From a virus (taxonomy: Duplodnaviria > Caudoviricetes), in the IMG/VR virus record IMGVR_UViG_3300025196_000011, positions 1-64,000 of that record: a DNA stretch of 64,000 bases, one strand, 5' to 3'. Positions 46,845 to 55,938 of the stretch are shown in pieces. A model generated the notes under the pieces. It saw only the letters and a program-made list of their open reading frames with translations. It had not been told where the DNA came from and made no database searches. Every line of letters begins with the position of its first letter. Position 1 is the stretch's first letter. A program made the position numbers and the translations under genes.

Positions 46845-48812
46845 TTATAACAAGTCGGCCATCGCGTCTAATTCGTTCCACTGCTCTTGCTCTTTTGCCG
46901 TGCCAACAAAAGCGACTTTATTGGCCGGTGAATAGTTGATGTTTTCCATGTGGATAAAGGCGAACGTATCGGCAATATCGGGCGATGTGATACCCTCTTT
47001 GGCCATATCCTTTTTGCTAGTAACGCCCCAACGTGACCGGTCATCAAAGAAGTACGGCAAGCGGCTCATTTGCGTTTCAAGGTTGGTCATTAACTGGTAC
47101 ATACGGCGCACTTTTGGCGCAAGACTAAATATGCCGCGCTCAACGGCCTTGGCCATACCAACGTAAGCATGAGCACGTTTATTATAATAAAGTTTCTTAA
47201 GGTTGTTATTGAAACACGGTACGCCCCAGTTTACCGTCTCAAAATACAAGCCCTCGGATTTAAGCGACTGACAAAGCCCCATGCCCGCGCCTATGGGGTC
47301 AATAACGACGGTCGCGCCCGCGTACTCAGCAACGGCGGCGTATATCTTGGCCTTAAGCTCATTGATATTGGCGCGGTTACTAAATAGCGGTATGTCGATA
47401 ATGTGAGTATGGCGCTCAATACGCCCTTGGTACTCCTTATCAACGACTTTGGCCACGGTTATAACACTGTGGTCGCGGCCAACGTCACCGCCAACGTCCA
47501 CGGTAATAATATAACCGTATTCGTCATCCTCAGTGACAACCGGCCGCCTATTCACCATTTGGGTTATTTCTGAGCGCGTGAGTAAGAATTTGCCCTTTAA
47601 TTCGGGGAATTTGCCACGTATGCGGATTAAATAACCGGCATGGTCGCGGCTGCCGTACTGGTAAAGCGCTTCGATTAGTTTTGACTTACTGACCAGCGGG
47701 GATAATTCGCCGTTAAATTCAAGCGCAATCCATATACCGCCGTTTTTGTAGCTCAGCTTATGATGGGTGTCATAAAAGAAGCCGGTATTCGTGGCCGGCT
47801 GGCTGGTCAATACGGCGCGGTTGTTTTCATGGGTCAATGCGCCGATGGCAACTTCCATTACCGCGTCATCAATACCGCAAGCCTCGTCCGCCCATACCAT
47901 GTAGTGGTCGCCATGCTGACCGGCAATATTGGTCGGCTGGTGCTTAGGCGCGGTCTTAGCAAAAACGAACCACGTATCTTTAAAGTTTTTGATGTAAATT
48001 TTTTCGGCCAAAACGACGATAAAATCGGCAAGCCAGCCTAAAATGGGGTTGTTGCGCAAGCGCTGAATACAGATATTAATTTCTTTCCATACGACGGTAC
48101 GCAATTGGCCAATTTGCGGCGCGGTGAATAACATTACCGATTCGGGGTAAAAAAGCAGATGCCATAAAGCGATAATACCGGCCGAACGTGATTTACCAGT
48201 ATTGTGCAATACCATGCCATCAGCGCCCAAAAACTGACCATTACCATCGAGCGTAAAGCCGTAATAATTGCCCTCACCTAACGCTTCAACGGTTTGTATT
48301 GGCATGTCAACGATAACGCCGCCAATATTGCGATAGCAGTAAAAACCAATGCCCGCGCCATGCTCGACAAAATCCTTAACCGTCATGGTCTTATCAATGC
48401 CGGCGCGCTTCAAACACAAAATATGGCTTTCATTGAACGTGTAGCTTGTACCGTCACAATAGATAAAGCGGTACATATTTTCACGCCCGCGTACAACATC
48501 CATGACCTCACGCGGGGTTATGCCATCATCACCCATCAAACGGTCATTCATACCGATATTTTGCACAAATTGCTTGCTACCGTCTGCAAGCATGATTTCA
48601 GTATTAAAACCAAAACAACCGTGGCCGGATGCAACCGACGTCCGGCTACTTGGTATCTCAATCGACTTAAATAATAATTCCTGCTGCCATGTCACCGCTT
48701 GGCCGCTCTCAAACGTCATGTCTAAGGCTTCCACGGCAAAGCGGGTTATGTCATAACGGTAACGGTCGCATACCTCTAACCATTCCGGCAATTCAAGTAA
48801 ATTGTCTATCAT
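46845..48812 (-). CDS. pacB: terminase large subunit containing an intein
   Basis: SVASGHG|TGKS Walker A, WADEACG Walker B, VDVGG...D and SPDIAD nuclease motifs. Confidence 0.92.
   Translation of the reverse strand: MIDNLLELPEWLEVCDRYRYDITRFAVEALDMTFESGQAVTWQQELLFKSIEIPSSRTSVASGHGCFGFNTEIMLADGSKQFVQNIGMNDRLMGDDGITPREVMDVVRGRENMYRFIYCDGTSYTFNESHILCLKRAGIDKTMTVKDFVEHGAGIGFYCYRNIGGVIVDMPIQTVEALGEGNYYGFTLDGNGQFLGADGMVLHNTGKSRSAGIIALWHLLFYPESVMLFTAPQIGQLRTVVWKEINICIQRLRNNPILGWLADFIVVLAEKIYIKNFKDTWFVFAKTAPKHQPTNIAGQHGDHYMVWADEACGIDDAVMEVAIGALTHENNRAVLTSQPATNTGFFYDTHHKLSYKNGGIWIALEFNGELSPLVSKSKLIEALYQYGSRDHAGYLIRIRGKFPELKGKFLLTRSEITQMVNRRPVVTEDDEYGYIITVDVGGDVGRDHSVITVAKVVDKEYQGRIERHTHIIDIPLFSNRANINELKAKIYAAVAEYAGATVVIDPIGAGMGLCQSLKSEGLYFETVNWGVPCFNNNLKKLYYNKRAHAYVGMAKAVERGIFSLAPKVRRMYQLMTNLETQMSRLPYFFDDRSRWGVTSKKDMAKEGITSPDIADTFAFIHMENINYSPANKVAFVGTAKEQEQWNELDAMADLL
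48201..48617 (-). mobile_element. 139-aa mini-intein in the terminase Walker A (no homing endonuclease)
   Basis: Starts CFGFNTEIMLADGS, contains FNESH block B, ends VLHN followed by Thr(+1). Confidence 0.92.
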
Positions 48813-48822
48813 TTACCATGCC

Positions 48823-49440
48823 CTAGATGCTAAACGGCAACATATCGTCATCGTCGCCGTCGTCATCGTCGTTATTTGCCTCGTCAGGCTCTTTTGTGAT
48901 TGCATAGCCCCCATACACCATACGCGCCGCCCAAACGGCTAGCAGTACGGCAATATGGCCGTTATTCATACCCATGCTGTCAAAGTCCAGCGCGCGGCCT
49001 CTATCGTCAATCTTGCGCGTTTGGATAACCTGAGCGGGGTTATAGCGCTGCAAGGTGTCATCGAGCTTTAACAAGCCGGCGGCCGTGACCGCTTTGTATG
49101 ACGCCATGACCGACTGCATTTGCTCACGCTCATTGAACGATAAGCCCCAATGATTGAATACTTGCGGCGTATCGGTGACAACAATGGTGTTATCGGCTGG
49201 CACGGGCTGTTCACGCCAAGCGCGTTCAACCTTAATGTTGATCATGCCGCTGTTGGCGTCAGTGACCGCCATAATACGCGCGGGGTCGCCATCGTAACCG
49301 GCGGCGCGGGCGTCGATGATAACGATGTTGGGCTTGGCGGCGGGCTGGGCGGGCTTGTCAGTCTTGCCGGTGGCTAGGTCGCTTAGCTTGCTGACCAGCT
49401 TAACGGCCATCTTGGCCGCTAGTGTTTGGGTGTCGCTCAT
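48823..49440 (-). CDS. hypothetical protein with acidic tail
   Basis: 205-aa ORF coupled in the operon. Confidence 0.7.
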   Translation of the reverse strand: MSDTQTLAAKMAVKLVSKLSDLATGKTDKPAQPAAKPNIVIIDARAAGYDGDPARIMAVTDANSGMINIKVERAWREQPVPADNTIVVTDTPQVFNHWGLSFNEREQMQSVMASYKAVTAAGLLKLDDTLQRYNPAQVIQTRKIDDRGRALDFDSMGMNNGHIAVLLAVWAARMVYGGYAITKEPDEANNDDDDGDDDDMLPFSI

Positions 49441-50333
49441 GGGCTGTCCTTAATATCTTGCTCAGTAATGACGCCGGTATCAGGGTCGATATTAACGCGG
49501 GTATGGCGCGCGCCCTTTTCCATCACGTCCGCTTCAATGACAAACGCATTTAATTGGTCGGCGGGGTCACGGCTGCCATCAATCGGCGGCAAGTTTGGCG
49601 GTATGCTGCCATCAGGTTCGCCGGTATCGGTTAAATCATCATCAGCATGGCCAAGGCCAACGACGTTCGGTTCAAGGCCTACAATAGTGCAATCGACGGT
49701 CACGCCATGCACGGTGTTAATATCAAGACTGACTTTATCGGGATAAATGGTGTTCTCGGCGACTTTAAAATTCCATTGGTCTTTGATAATGGCCGTGCCA
49801 GCAAAGCCAAGCTCATATTCGACGTCAAAGCTACGCTTGCGCTCATGTTTAAAATAATTGACAAACTGATTGGCAATCGACGACGCGGCGTGAATGTCCG
49901 GCGCAAAAAAGGCGATTTGGCAACGATAGGCCACGGCGGCGGCGCGCATTTGTACCACGCGCTGTAACGGGTCGTTATCGACAACCACGTTTACCCAATT
50001 CGGGTTAGGCTTTACGATTTCATATTCCGGCGGCGCTTCAATGGCGCTGATTGCCGTTACCATAACCGGCAAAGCAACGCTTGTGCCGGTGTTGGTGGTA
50101 TTGCCACCGGCGCGGGCGTTGTCTGTACGCTGAATGGCACGCAATAGCGCTTCGGCGTCATCAACCATATTGGTTTTAGCGACGATGATAGCGCCCTCAA
50201 CGCGGCGCTTTTTCCAGTCTCTTATGGATTGCTGGCCGGCGGGCGAGCACCACTGGCGAAAATCACGTAACCGATAGCCCCATGCGTCTTGCACGGATTC
50301 AAGCGGGGATAACAAACGATTAACCTTGCTCAT
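49437..50333 (-). CDS. tail terminator/completion protein (P1 gp24-like)
   Basis: LPVMV...YRCQIAFFA...ANQF pattern; position among late genes. Confidence 0.45.
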   Translation of the reverse strand: MSKVNRLLSPLESVQDAWGYRLRDFRQWCSPAGQQSIRDWKKRRVEGAIIVAKTNMVDDAEALLRAIQRTDNARAGGNTTNTGTSVALPVMVTAISAIEAPPEYEIVKPNPNWVNVVVDNDPLQRVVQMRAAAVAYRCQIAFFAPDIHAASSIANQFVNYFKHERKRSFDVEYELGFAGTAIIKDQWNFKVAENTIYPDKVSLDINTVHGVTVDCTIVGLEPNVVGLGHADDDLTDTGEPDGSIPPNLPPIDGSRDPADQLNAFVIEADVMEKGARHTRVNIDPDTGVITEQDIKDSP

Positions 50334-50344
50334 AAAAACCCCTA

Positions 50345-51274
50345 TTAACGGCGTTGACGGCCAAACAGTGATACGCGCTCTTCACGACGTTCGGTATTTA
50401 CGCGCGCTTGCTTGGCGCTCTCAGTGGTCAAAAGGTCGCGGTCGCTTGTACCGGATTGAGCAAAGCTATCCCATTGCGCGGTTGCCTCTTCAAACGATAC
50501 GGACGGACAAATAAGGCTATCGTAAAGCTCTTCTTTACGGGCTTGCTGGCGGGCTTTCACATTGGCCATCTGCTGCTGGCGTTCGATAAGCAACTCTTGC
50601 GCGCTTAAGGCTTCTTTTTGGTAATGGCCAATCATCATTTCTGAGTGAATAGCGGTTGCCATGCTGTCGTACTGGTGAATAATCGCGGTTTCAAGTGCGG
50701 CCATGATGGCGGCGCGTTCGGGCGTTACATGGGTCATGCTGTCAAAAGCCATTTCTTCGGCTTCATCAATCCAAAAAAGGCTATCAAACATGCCGTCACC
50801 GCGGTTGGTGTTGTAGTTTGGCTGGCGGACATAATCAAAGCCGGCAAAACCGGTCACTTCGTACTTGCCAGTCTCATTCATGCGGCGCACCATGGCGCTA
50901 CTAAAGCCGCCCGCGTTATTGGCATATAGGCGTTCTGAGTATTTACCGCTGTCGGTGTCTAAAAATTCATGGCGCGTGGTCACGTTGCCATCGTTATCGG
51001 CCGATAGCTCAATGGTGCGTAAGGCGGGTTCAATGCGGATATTTTCGCCGGTCTGCGGGTTCACCCAAACGTCAGGCGGATTCATACCAAAGCGGGCGCG
51101 TAATTCATGGCCGTAATAGCCGTATAAATCGCCGCTACTGACAAGCTCTTGAACGTCCGGCGCGTTAATGCGGTTCACCGCTGACCGTATATCAAGGTCT
51201 GAGCGGTCAACGCCGTTATGCGCACGGCCACGGTCGGCTAGGTTGTAGGTGATTGTGCGGGTTTTCTTTGACAT
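50345..51274 (-). CDS. pro: prohead maturation protease
   Basis: GDLYGYYGH, AGGFS and GFDYVRQPNY parallel recalled P1 Pro GELFGYYGH, AGGWS and GVDYVTTPNY. Confidence 0.88.
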   Translation of the reverse strand: MSKKTRTITYNLADRGRAHNGVDRSDLDIRSAVNRINAPDVQELVSSGDLYGYYGHELRARFGMNPPDVWVNPQTGENIRIEPALRTIELSADNDGNVTTRHEFLDTDSGKYSERLYANNAGGFSSAMVRRMNETGKYEVTGFAGFDYVRQPNYNTNRGDGMFDSLFWIDEAEEMAFDSMTHVTPERAAIMAALETAIIHQYDSMATAIHSEMMIGHYQKEALSAQELLIERQQQMANVKARQQARKEELYDSLICPSVSFEEATAQWDSFAQSGTSDRDLLTTESAKQARVNTERREERVSLFGRQRR

Positions 51275-51312
51275 AAAAATGCCCCTTAAAATAAACGGTT
51301 GTTAATACGTTT

Positions 51313-51352
51313 AGTTTAAAGGGCTTGGGCTTACTGGCTGGTGGGGTGTTCC
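51313..51352 (-). promoter_or_regulatory. putative late promoter (pro-pacB operon)
   Basis: GGAACAC-N27-TAAACT. Confidence 0.72.
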
Positions 51353-51392
51353 TATGGCCTAATCTAGCACTGTATAGCGCTAAACATGCTAT

Positions 51393-52259
51393 TTAATACG
51401 CTGGCTCTTCAACTATGACTGCATCATCCTCGTCATAAGCAATATTCTCGGCATCTAAATCATCAGATTGCGCACTTTCAATGTTATTTGAAATTTCACT
51501 TTCAGCTCTTAGATTCTCCGCTCTTACTTGGGCATCTTCAATTGCGATACGCTCCCTCATTGCTTTCAGTCTTGCTGGTGCTTGCGCTCTATATTCTTCT
51601 TGGTCTTGAGTATATTGGTCAAACGCTACAATACTTGCCAGCATGGTCGCTGCTGAACCAATCTGAGCATTATAAGTTTCGCTTTCCTCGCCGCTTTCAG
51701 AATATGTTGAGCTAATCTCATAATCTACATTAACCGAAAAAGCATTCCCGTTCATTCTTCTAAACTCATCGATATTATATGCAGTAATACCCATATTCAT
51801 AAACGAATGCAAAGGACTTCCATTGTTGATTAACCTTGCTGCTTTAGATACTATCGCGTCAGGCGTACCATCATTGCCAACATAGGTAACATTTGCTTGC
51901 GCTGAACATTTTACAATATCACCTGTACTTACATCAGGGTTTGAAATGAAATCAAACTCTATTTTAGAGCTATCTAGGAGCGCTTGGTATCTATCATCGA
52001 ACCCTCGTTGATTACTTAGTAATTCAAAAGCATTTTCAATGATATTTTCCTTCATACCCTGAATAACCCACGGATTTAAACATGGGTTACCTGTTATCTC
52101 ACTAGGGTCGTCTGCCATCACATCCGAATCGTAAATAGAAGATGCCATAGCATCTTCCCCTTCATCGTTATTAGGCTGACTATCGCAAGCGGTAATTGAT
52201 AGCACCCCAATAACGCTAGCTATAACACTTATTTTCCTTAAACTGACTGATAACTGCAT
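51393..52259 (-). CDS. lipoprotein, possible superinfection-exclusion moron
   Basis: Signal peptide RK-hydrophobic-ITA^C; AT-rich relative to flanks; extended -10 TGTTACAAT upstream. Confidence 0.7.
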   Translation of the reverse strand: MQLSVSLRKISVIASVIGVLSITACDSQPNNDEGEDAMASSIYDSDVMADDPSEITGNPCLNPWVIQGMKENIIENAFELLSNQRGFDDRYQALLDSSKIEFDFISNPDVSTGDIVKCSAQANVTYVGNDGTPDAIVSKAARLINNGSPLHSFMNMGITAYNIDEFRRMNGNAFSVNVDYEISSTYSESGEESETYNAQIGSAATMLASIVAFDQYTQDQEEYRAQAPARLKAMRERIAIEDAQVRAENLRAESEISNNIESAQSDDLDAENIAYDEDDAVIVEEPAY

Positions 52260-52329
52260 TTAACAACCCTCTATCAGATAATTTTTCAAGATTGTAACAC
52301 TACTGTATCTCTAGGGGATATATTTATTG

Positions 52330-54813
52330 CTAACCCCACTGTCTTGATTGGCCAAGTCCGCCCGTAATGGCATGGGCTAGGTCACGGTCTGATACGTTCT
52401 GATTGATGGTGTCGTTATTGGTCTGCACAAATAGCGGCTTATCGCTGCTGCCACTGTCTAAACGCTGGGCTATTTTTGGCATTGAGGGGATATTCAACAT
52501 CGGCGTTGGCGCAAAACTTGCCGCCCCGTAACCCATTGCCGCTTTACTTGACGCTGCAATATTGTTAGTCATTTTCATATCACCTAAACCAACGCGAGCG
52601 GGGTTGCTGGCTGGCGTGTTAGTAGATGACTTAAATATCAATGGCTTATTGTCTGCAAACTGATTGTTCACGCTTTCAGCGGCTTTGCTTGGCCGCATGT
52701 TGCCAACCTGAACACCAAGCGCGCTGTTATTATTTACCGCTTGACTGGCGGCGGACTTGCCCGTCTGCTTCGTGCTAGGTTGCTTCTGAGTGACAACATC
52801 CTTGGCTTTATCAATCACCTTGTCTGCGGCCTCTTTGGTCGTATTCTTAACGCCCGATACCTTGCCTATAGCGAGCACGTCCGCTTTTTCTGCTTGAATA
52901 CGTTTTGCTACGCTTGCCCTTACGCTCGGTGAGCTACTAGCAAAGTCTTTATTAACATAGGCCGCTTTATCTGCATACAATGCTTTCAATACAGCTTGAT
53001 TGTCTTTCATATCAACGCCGCTTTCTGCAACGCGCTTGAAACGCGACTTATGGTTAGCGCCGTATTGGGTTGAATGAGAATAGATAGCCTCTTGGATGCC
53101 GCGATTGGACGTATCAAAACCATAGCTTTCAGCGATTTTTTTGGCTGGCATGTAATGAGTACGGGTAATATAGTCTTTTTGTGCTTTCTTAAATTCATCA
53201 CCGCGCCTATTGGCAACGTCTTTATACTTGGCGCTAAAAGCGGCTGAACCCGCCGATAAGCCTGCAAACTCGCCAGCAAACGCTTTACCGTCAGGGCTTT
53301 TTAAAAAGGCCGCCATCGTGCCAGTTTTTGACGATAGTTGATGCGTACCATAAGAAACACCGCCCCTATCACCCGCGCCGCTTGATACTGTACCAACGCC
53401 GCGGCCACCGGATTCGTACTTTTCTGAGACAGAACCTAACCCGCTAAGCCCTAAAGCCTCCGAAAGCCCTGCCCCCGTTGCAGAAACGCCATTGCTGATA
53501 TTAGTCGCCTGAGAATCTATCCAAGCGCTCATTTTTCCCGCGAGTGCATCCATTCTCGTAAAAAATGACCGGATGCCACTAATCCAAGTTTCGTTCATTC
53601 TTCTAGGTAGGTTATAAGCGCGCACTTCATCAGTCCATTTGCTGATATGAGGCTCAACGGTTGTGGCAATAATCGCCCCGCCCTTAGCGCCAAGATAGCC
53701 GCCTACCACCGCGCCGATGGCCGTACCCACTACCGGTACGACTGAGCCAATCGTACCGCCAACAAGCGCACCGGCTGCACCGCCGCCAACTTGACCTACG
53801 CGCTCGGTTTTCTCTTCTTTGTTTAGGCCTTTCCAGTCCATGCCAAGGCTTGCCGCGCCGGCCACTGCACTGATTGCACCAAGGGCTTTAATGCCGCCCA
53901 CAGCACGTAAGCCGCGCCCGCCTAAATCTCTTAGTCTGCCAAGCGCACCACGGCCACGCCGTCCGCCGCCACGTCCACCAAGCAAGCCGCCAAGCATACC
54001 GCCGCCCGCTTCGCCTGTTTTTCTAATCGCTTTCCATATCTTATCGAGTAATTTTTCATTCTCGTTATTGTGCCGGTCTTGGTCAATCGGTAAGGGTTCG
54101 CGGCGCTTCATGGCCTTTAGTTTGGACACGCTAAACTTAGCAGCACGCCCGCCAAGTTTGGCCGCCCGTCCAAGCGGGGATAATAAATCCTTGGCTTCTT
54201 TTAGGCTGTCTAATACGGGGTCAACGCCGCCGATATTGCCGTTACCGGTAACGCCTTTAAAGCCATTCATCATGCGCGCAAACGCCGCTTGGCTTGCTGA
54301 CTGGCTGCCACCGGTGAAACGGCCGTTTTCATCACGTTCGCGGGCGGGGTTGTTGCTGCCACCGTTTGGATTGTTTGATGGTCTACGGGTTCGCGCGCGG
54401 TCGGCGGCATTATCGCTGTCACCGCTAATGGTTGGCCGGCGGGTATTGCTACGGCGGTTATTGCCATTGTCATTGGTCGGACGCGGGTTATTGCTGCGAC
54501 TGGTACGGCTGGCGCGTCGATTGGCGCTACGGCGCGCGGCGCGGTCTTGTGGGGTTTCATCACTGAGCGGTGAATCCGGCGCACCGTTTGGGGCTTGCTG
54601 GCGGTTTAAATGCGGATTGCTTCGAGCGGCGGCGCGGGCGCTGGCATGTCGCACGGCGCGCGTTAATTCGCTCATTTTGGTGTTGGCAATCTGATTTTGG
54701 CTTTTAAGAATTTGGACAATTTCTTGCGTATCGTCGTGGACGTTATCAATGCCTTGGCTCATGCGGCGAACGCCCATGATAAAGCCTTGATTGTCATAGT
54801 CTAAGATGGTCAT
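52330..54813 (-). CDS. tape-measure-like protein with lysozyme-fold domain (P1 Sit analogue)
   Basis: Gly/Ala-rich hydrophobic middle; SEKYESGGRGVGTVSSGAGDRGGVSYGTHQL muramidase-like motif. Confidence 0.7.
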   Translation of the reverse strand: MTILDYDNQGFIMGVRRMSQGIDNVHDDTQEIVQILKSQNQIANTKMSELTRAVRHASARAAARSNPHLNRQQAPNGAPDSPLSDETPQDRAARRSANRRASRTSRSNNPRPTNDNGNNRRSNTRRPTISGDSDNAADRARTRRPSNNPNGGSNNPARERDENGRFTGGSQSASQAAFARMMNGFKGVTGNGNIGGVDPVLDSLKEAKDLLSPLGRAAKLGGRAAKFSVSKLKAMKRREPLPIDQDRHNNENEKLLDKIWKAIRKTGEAGGGMLGGLLGGRGGGRRGRGALGRLRDLGGRGLRAVGGIKALGAISAVAGAASLGMDWKGLNKEEKTERVGQVGGGAAGALVGGTIGSVVPVVGTAIGAVVGGYLGAKGGAIIATTVEPHISKWTDEVRAYNLPRRMNETWISGIRSFFTRMDALAGKMSAWIDSQATNISNGVSATGAGLSEALGLSGLGSVSEKYESGGRGVGTVSSGAGDRGGVSYGTHQLSSKTGTMAAFLKSPDGKAFAGEFAGLSAGSAAFSAKYKDVANRRGDEFKKAQKDYITRTHYMPAKKIAESYGFDTSNRGIQEAIYSHSTQYGANHKSRFKRVAESGVDMKDNQAVLKALYADKAAYVNKDFASSSPSVRASVAKRIQAEKADVLAIGKVSGVKNTTKEAADKVIDKAKDVVTQKQPSTKQTGKSAASQAVNNNSALGVQVGNMRPSKAAESVNNQFADNKPLIFKSSTNTPASNPARVGLGDMKMTNNIAASSKAAMGYGAASFAPTPMLNIPSMPKIAQRLDSGSSDKPLFVQTNNDTINQNVSDRDLAHAITGGLGQSRQWG

Positions 54814-54848
54814 AATTTAGCGCCTGTTTGGTATCTATAGGTCACTAA

Positions 54849-54887
54849 ATTATGTCATCTTGCGGCGGTTGCCGGCTTTGGTGTTCC
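54849..54887 (-). promoter_or_regulatory. putative late promoter (tape measure)
   Basis: GGAACAC-N26-CATAAT. Confidence 0.72.
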
Positions 54888-54893
54888 TATTGG

Positions 54894-55178
54894 CTAATGG
54901 ATAAGGCTATTTATCGGTTCGGCCGTCCAAAGTATACCTATCCCTAGCCAAGCGTCTAGCTGTGCTTTTAGCTCGTTTGCGACGGTGTGGGCGTCATAAG
55001 CCTTGATAAAGCCTATCGGTACGCACGCGGTAAAGCCATCGGGATTTTGCGCAAATAGCTCGGTGTCAATCTCGTTGGCCACCGCTTCACACTTGGCAAG
55101 CTGTGGGTACTTGCCAGCGTTAATATCGGCCACCAATGCGGCCAATAGCTCTTTATCGTTGATAGGTGCTTGCGCCAT
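54894..55178 (-). CDS. hypothetical protein
   Basis: 94-aa ORF with AAGGA RBS. Confidence 0.65.
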   Translation of the reverse strand: MAQAPINDKELLAALVADINAGKYPQLAKCEAVANEIDTELFAQNPDGFTACVPIGFIKAYDAHTVANELKAQLDAWLGIGILWTAEPINSLIH

Positions 55179-55201
55179 CGGGTCATGTCCTTAAGGGTAG
55201 T

Positions 55202-55519
55202 TTAGTCGTCTGTATTATACCAAGCGCCGGTCGTCTTTTGGTCTTTTAGCCGCTGCAATCCTATCAAAAGTAAGCGCTGCACGGTCTTAAGCTCGGCGTA
55301 AACCCAATTGCTTTTGCGCATGTGTTTGACGTGGTTTTCAATGGCCAATTCAAGCTCCATTAATTCCTGAGCGCTCAGCTCCATCGTGAGGGTTATTACC
55401 CGCTCGTCAGGCTCATGCTGGTGCTCATGCTTAATGGTTCTTATGTCGCCTATGCTGACAGCTCTATCGGTTCTAAGCTGGCTGGCGACGTGCTTGGTTC
55501 GTCTAAATTGCAATGTCAT
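55202..55519 (-). CDS. hypothetical protein
   Basis: 105-aa ORF with AAGGA RBS. Confidence 0.65.
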   Translation of the reverse strand: MTLQFRRTKHVASQLRTDRAVSIGDIRTIKHEHQHEPDERVITLTMELSAQELMELELAIENHVKHMRKSNWVYAELKTVQRLLLIGLQRLKDQKTTGAWYNTDD

Positions 55520-55539
55520 TTGCTGTCCTTAAGTGGGCG

Positions 55540-55938
55540 TTATGGGGCAATGTCAAAAAGGCGGATAGGTTCGATTGGCCGGATTGGCGGCGCTGAATCT
55601 TCTTTAGATTTAAACAAGGTTATCTCTTCAGCGAAAATAGCCCTATTTTCAAGGGCTTCGGGCGAAAATATCGGCCAATTTGTGGTTTTCTCTTCAGCGG
55701 TTTTTGCTGTGAAATTTGGTTGATACATCGCTATATCGTCGGCCAATTCATCGTCTATCATCACTAGGTTGGTATCAATCATCAACGCGCCCATTGCGGC
55801 ATTGTAATAAACTTGCGGATTGGCGCTATTTTTTAGCGCCTCATAGTTGCGGCGATTGACTTTGATTAAGCCGATAGGGTCAATATTGGCGCAATGGCCA
55901 AAGCTAAAGCCAAAAGGCTCATAAGGTCTAGTTTGCAT
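55540..55938 (-). CDS. hypothetical protein
   Basis: Start re-assigned to MQTRP at 55938 using the AAGGATGG RBS. Confidence 0.6.
   Translation of the reverse strand: MQTRPYEPFGFSFGHCANIDPIGLIKVNRRNYEALKNSANPQVYYNAAMGALMIDTNLVMIDDELADDIAMYQPNFTAKTAEEKTTNWPIFSPEALENRAIFAEEITLFKSKEDSAPPIRPIEPIRLFDIAP

Noticed and set aside
48823-48900. Acidic C-terminus DDDDMLPFSI as an SSB-tail mimic
   Set aside because: SSB tails need the terminal Phe carboxylate; here Ser-Ile follows, and acidic tails are common in this genome
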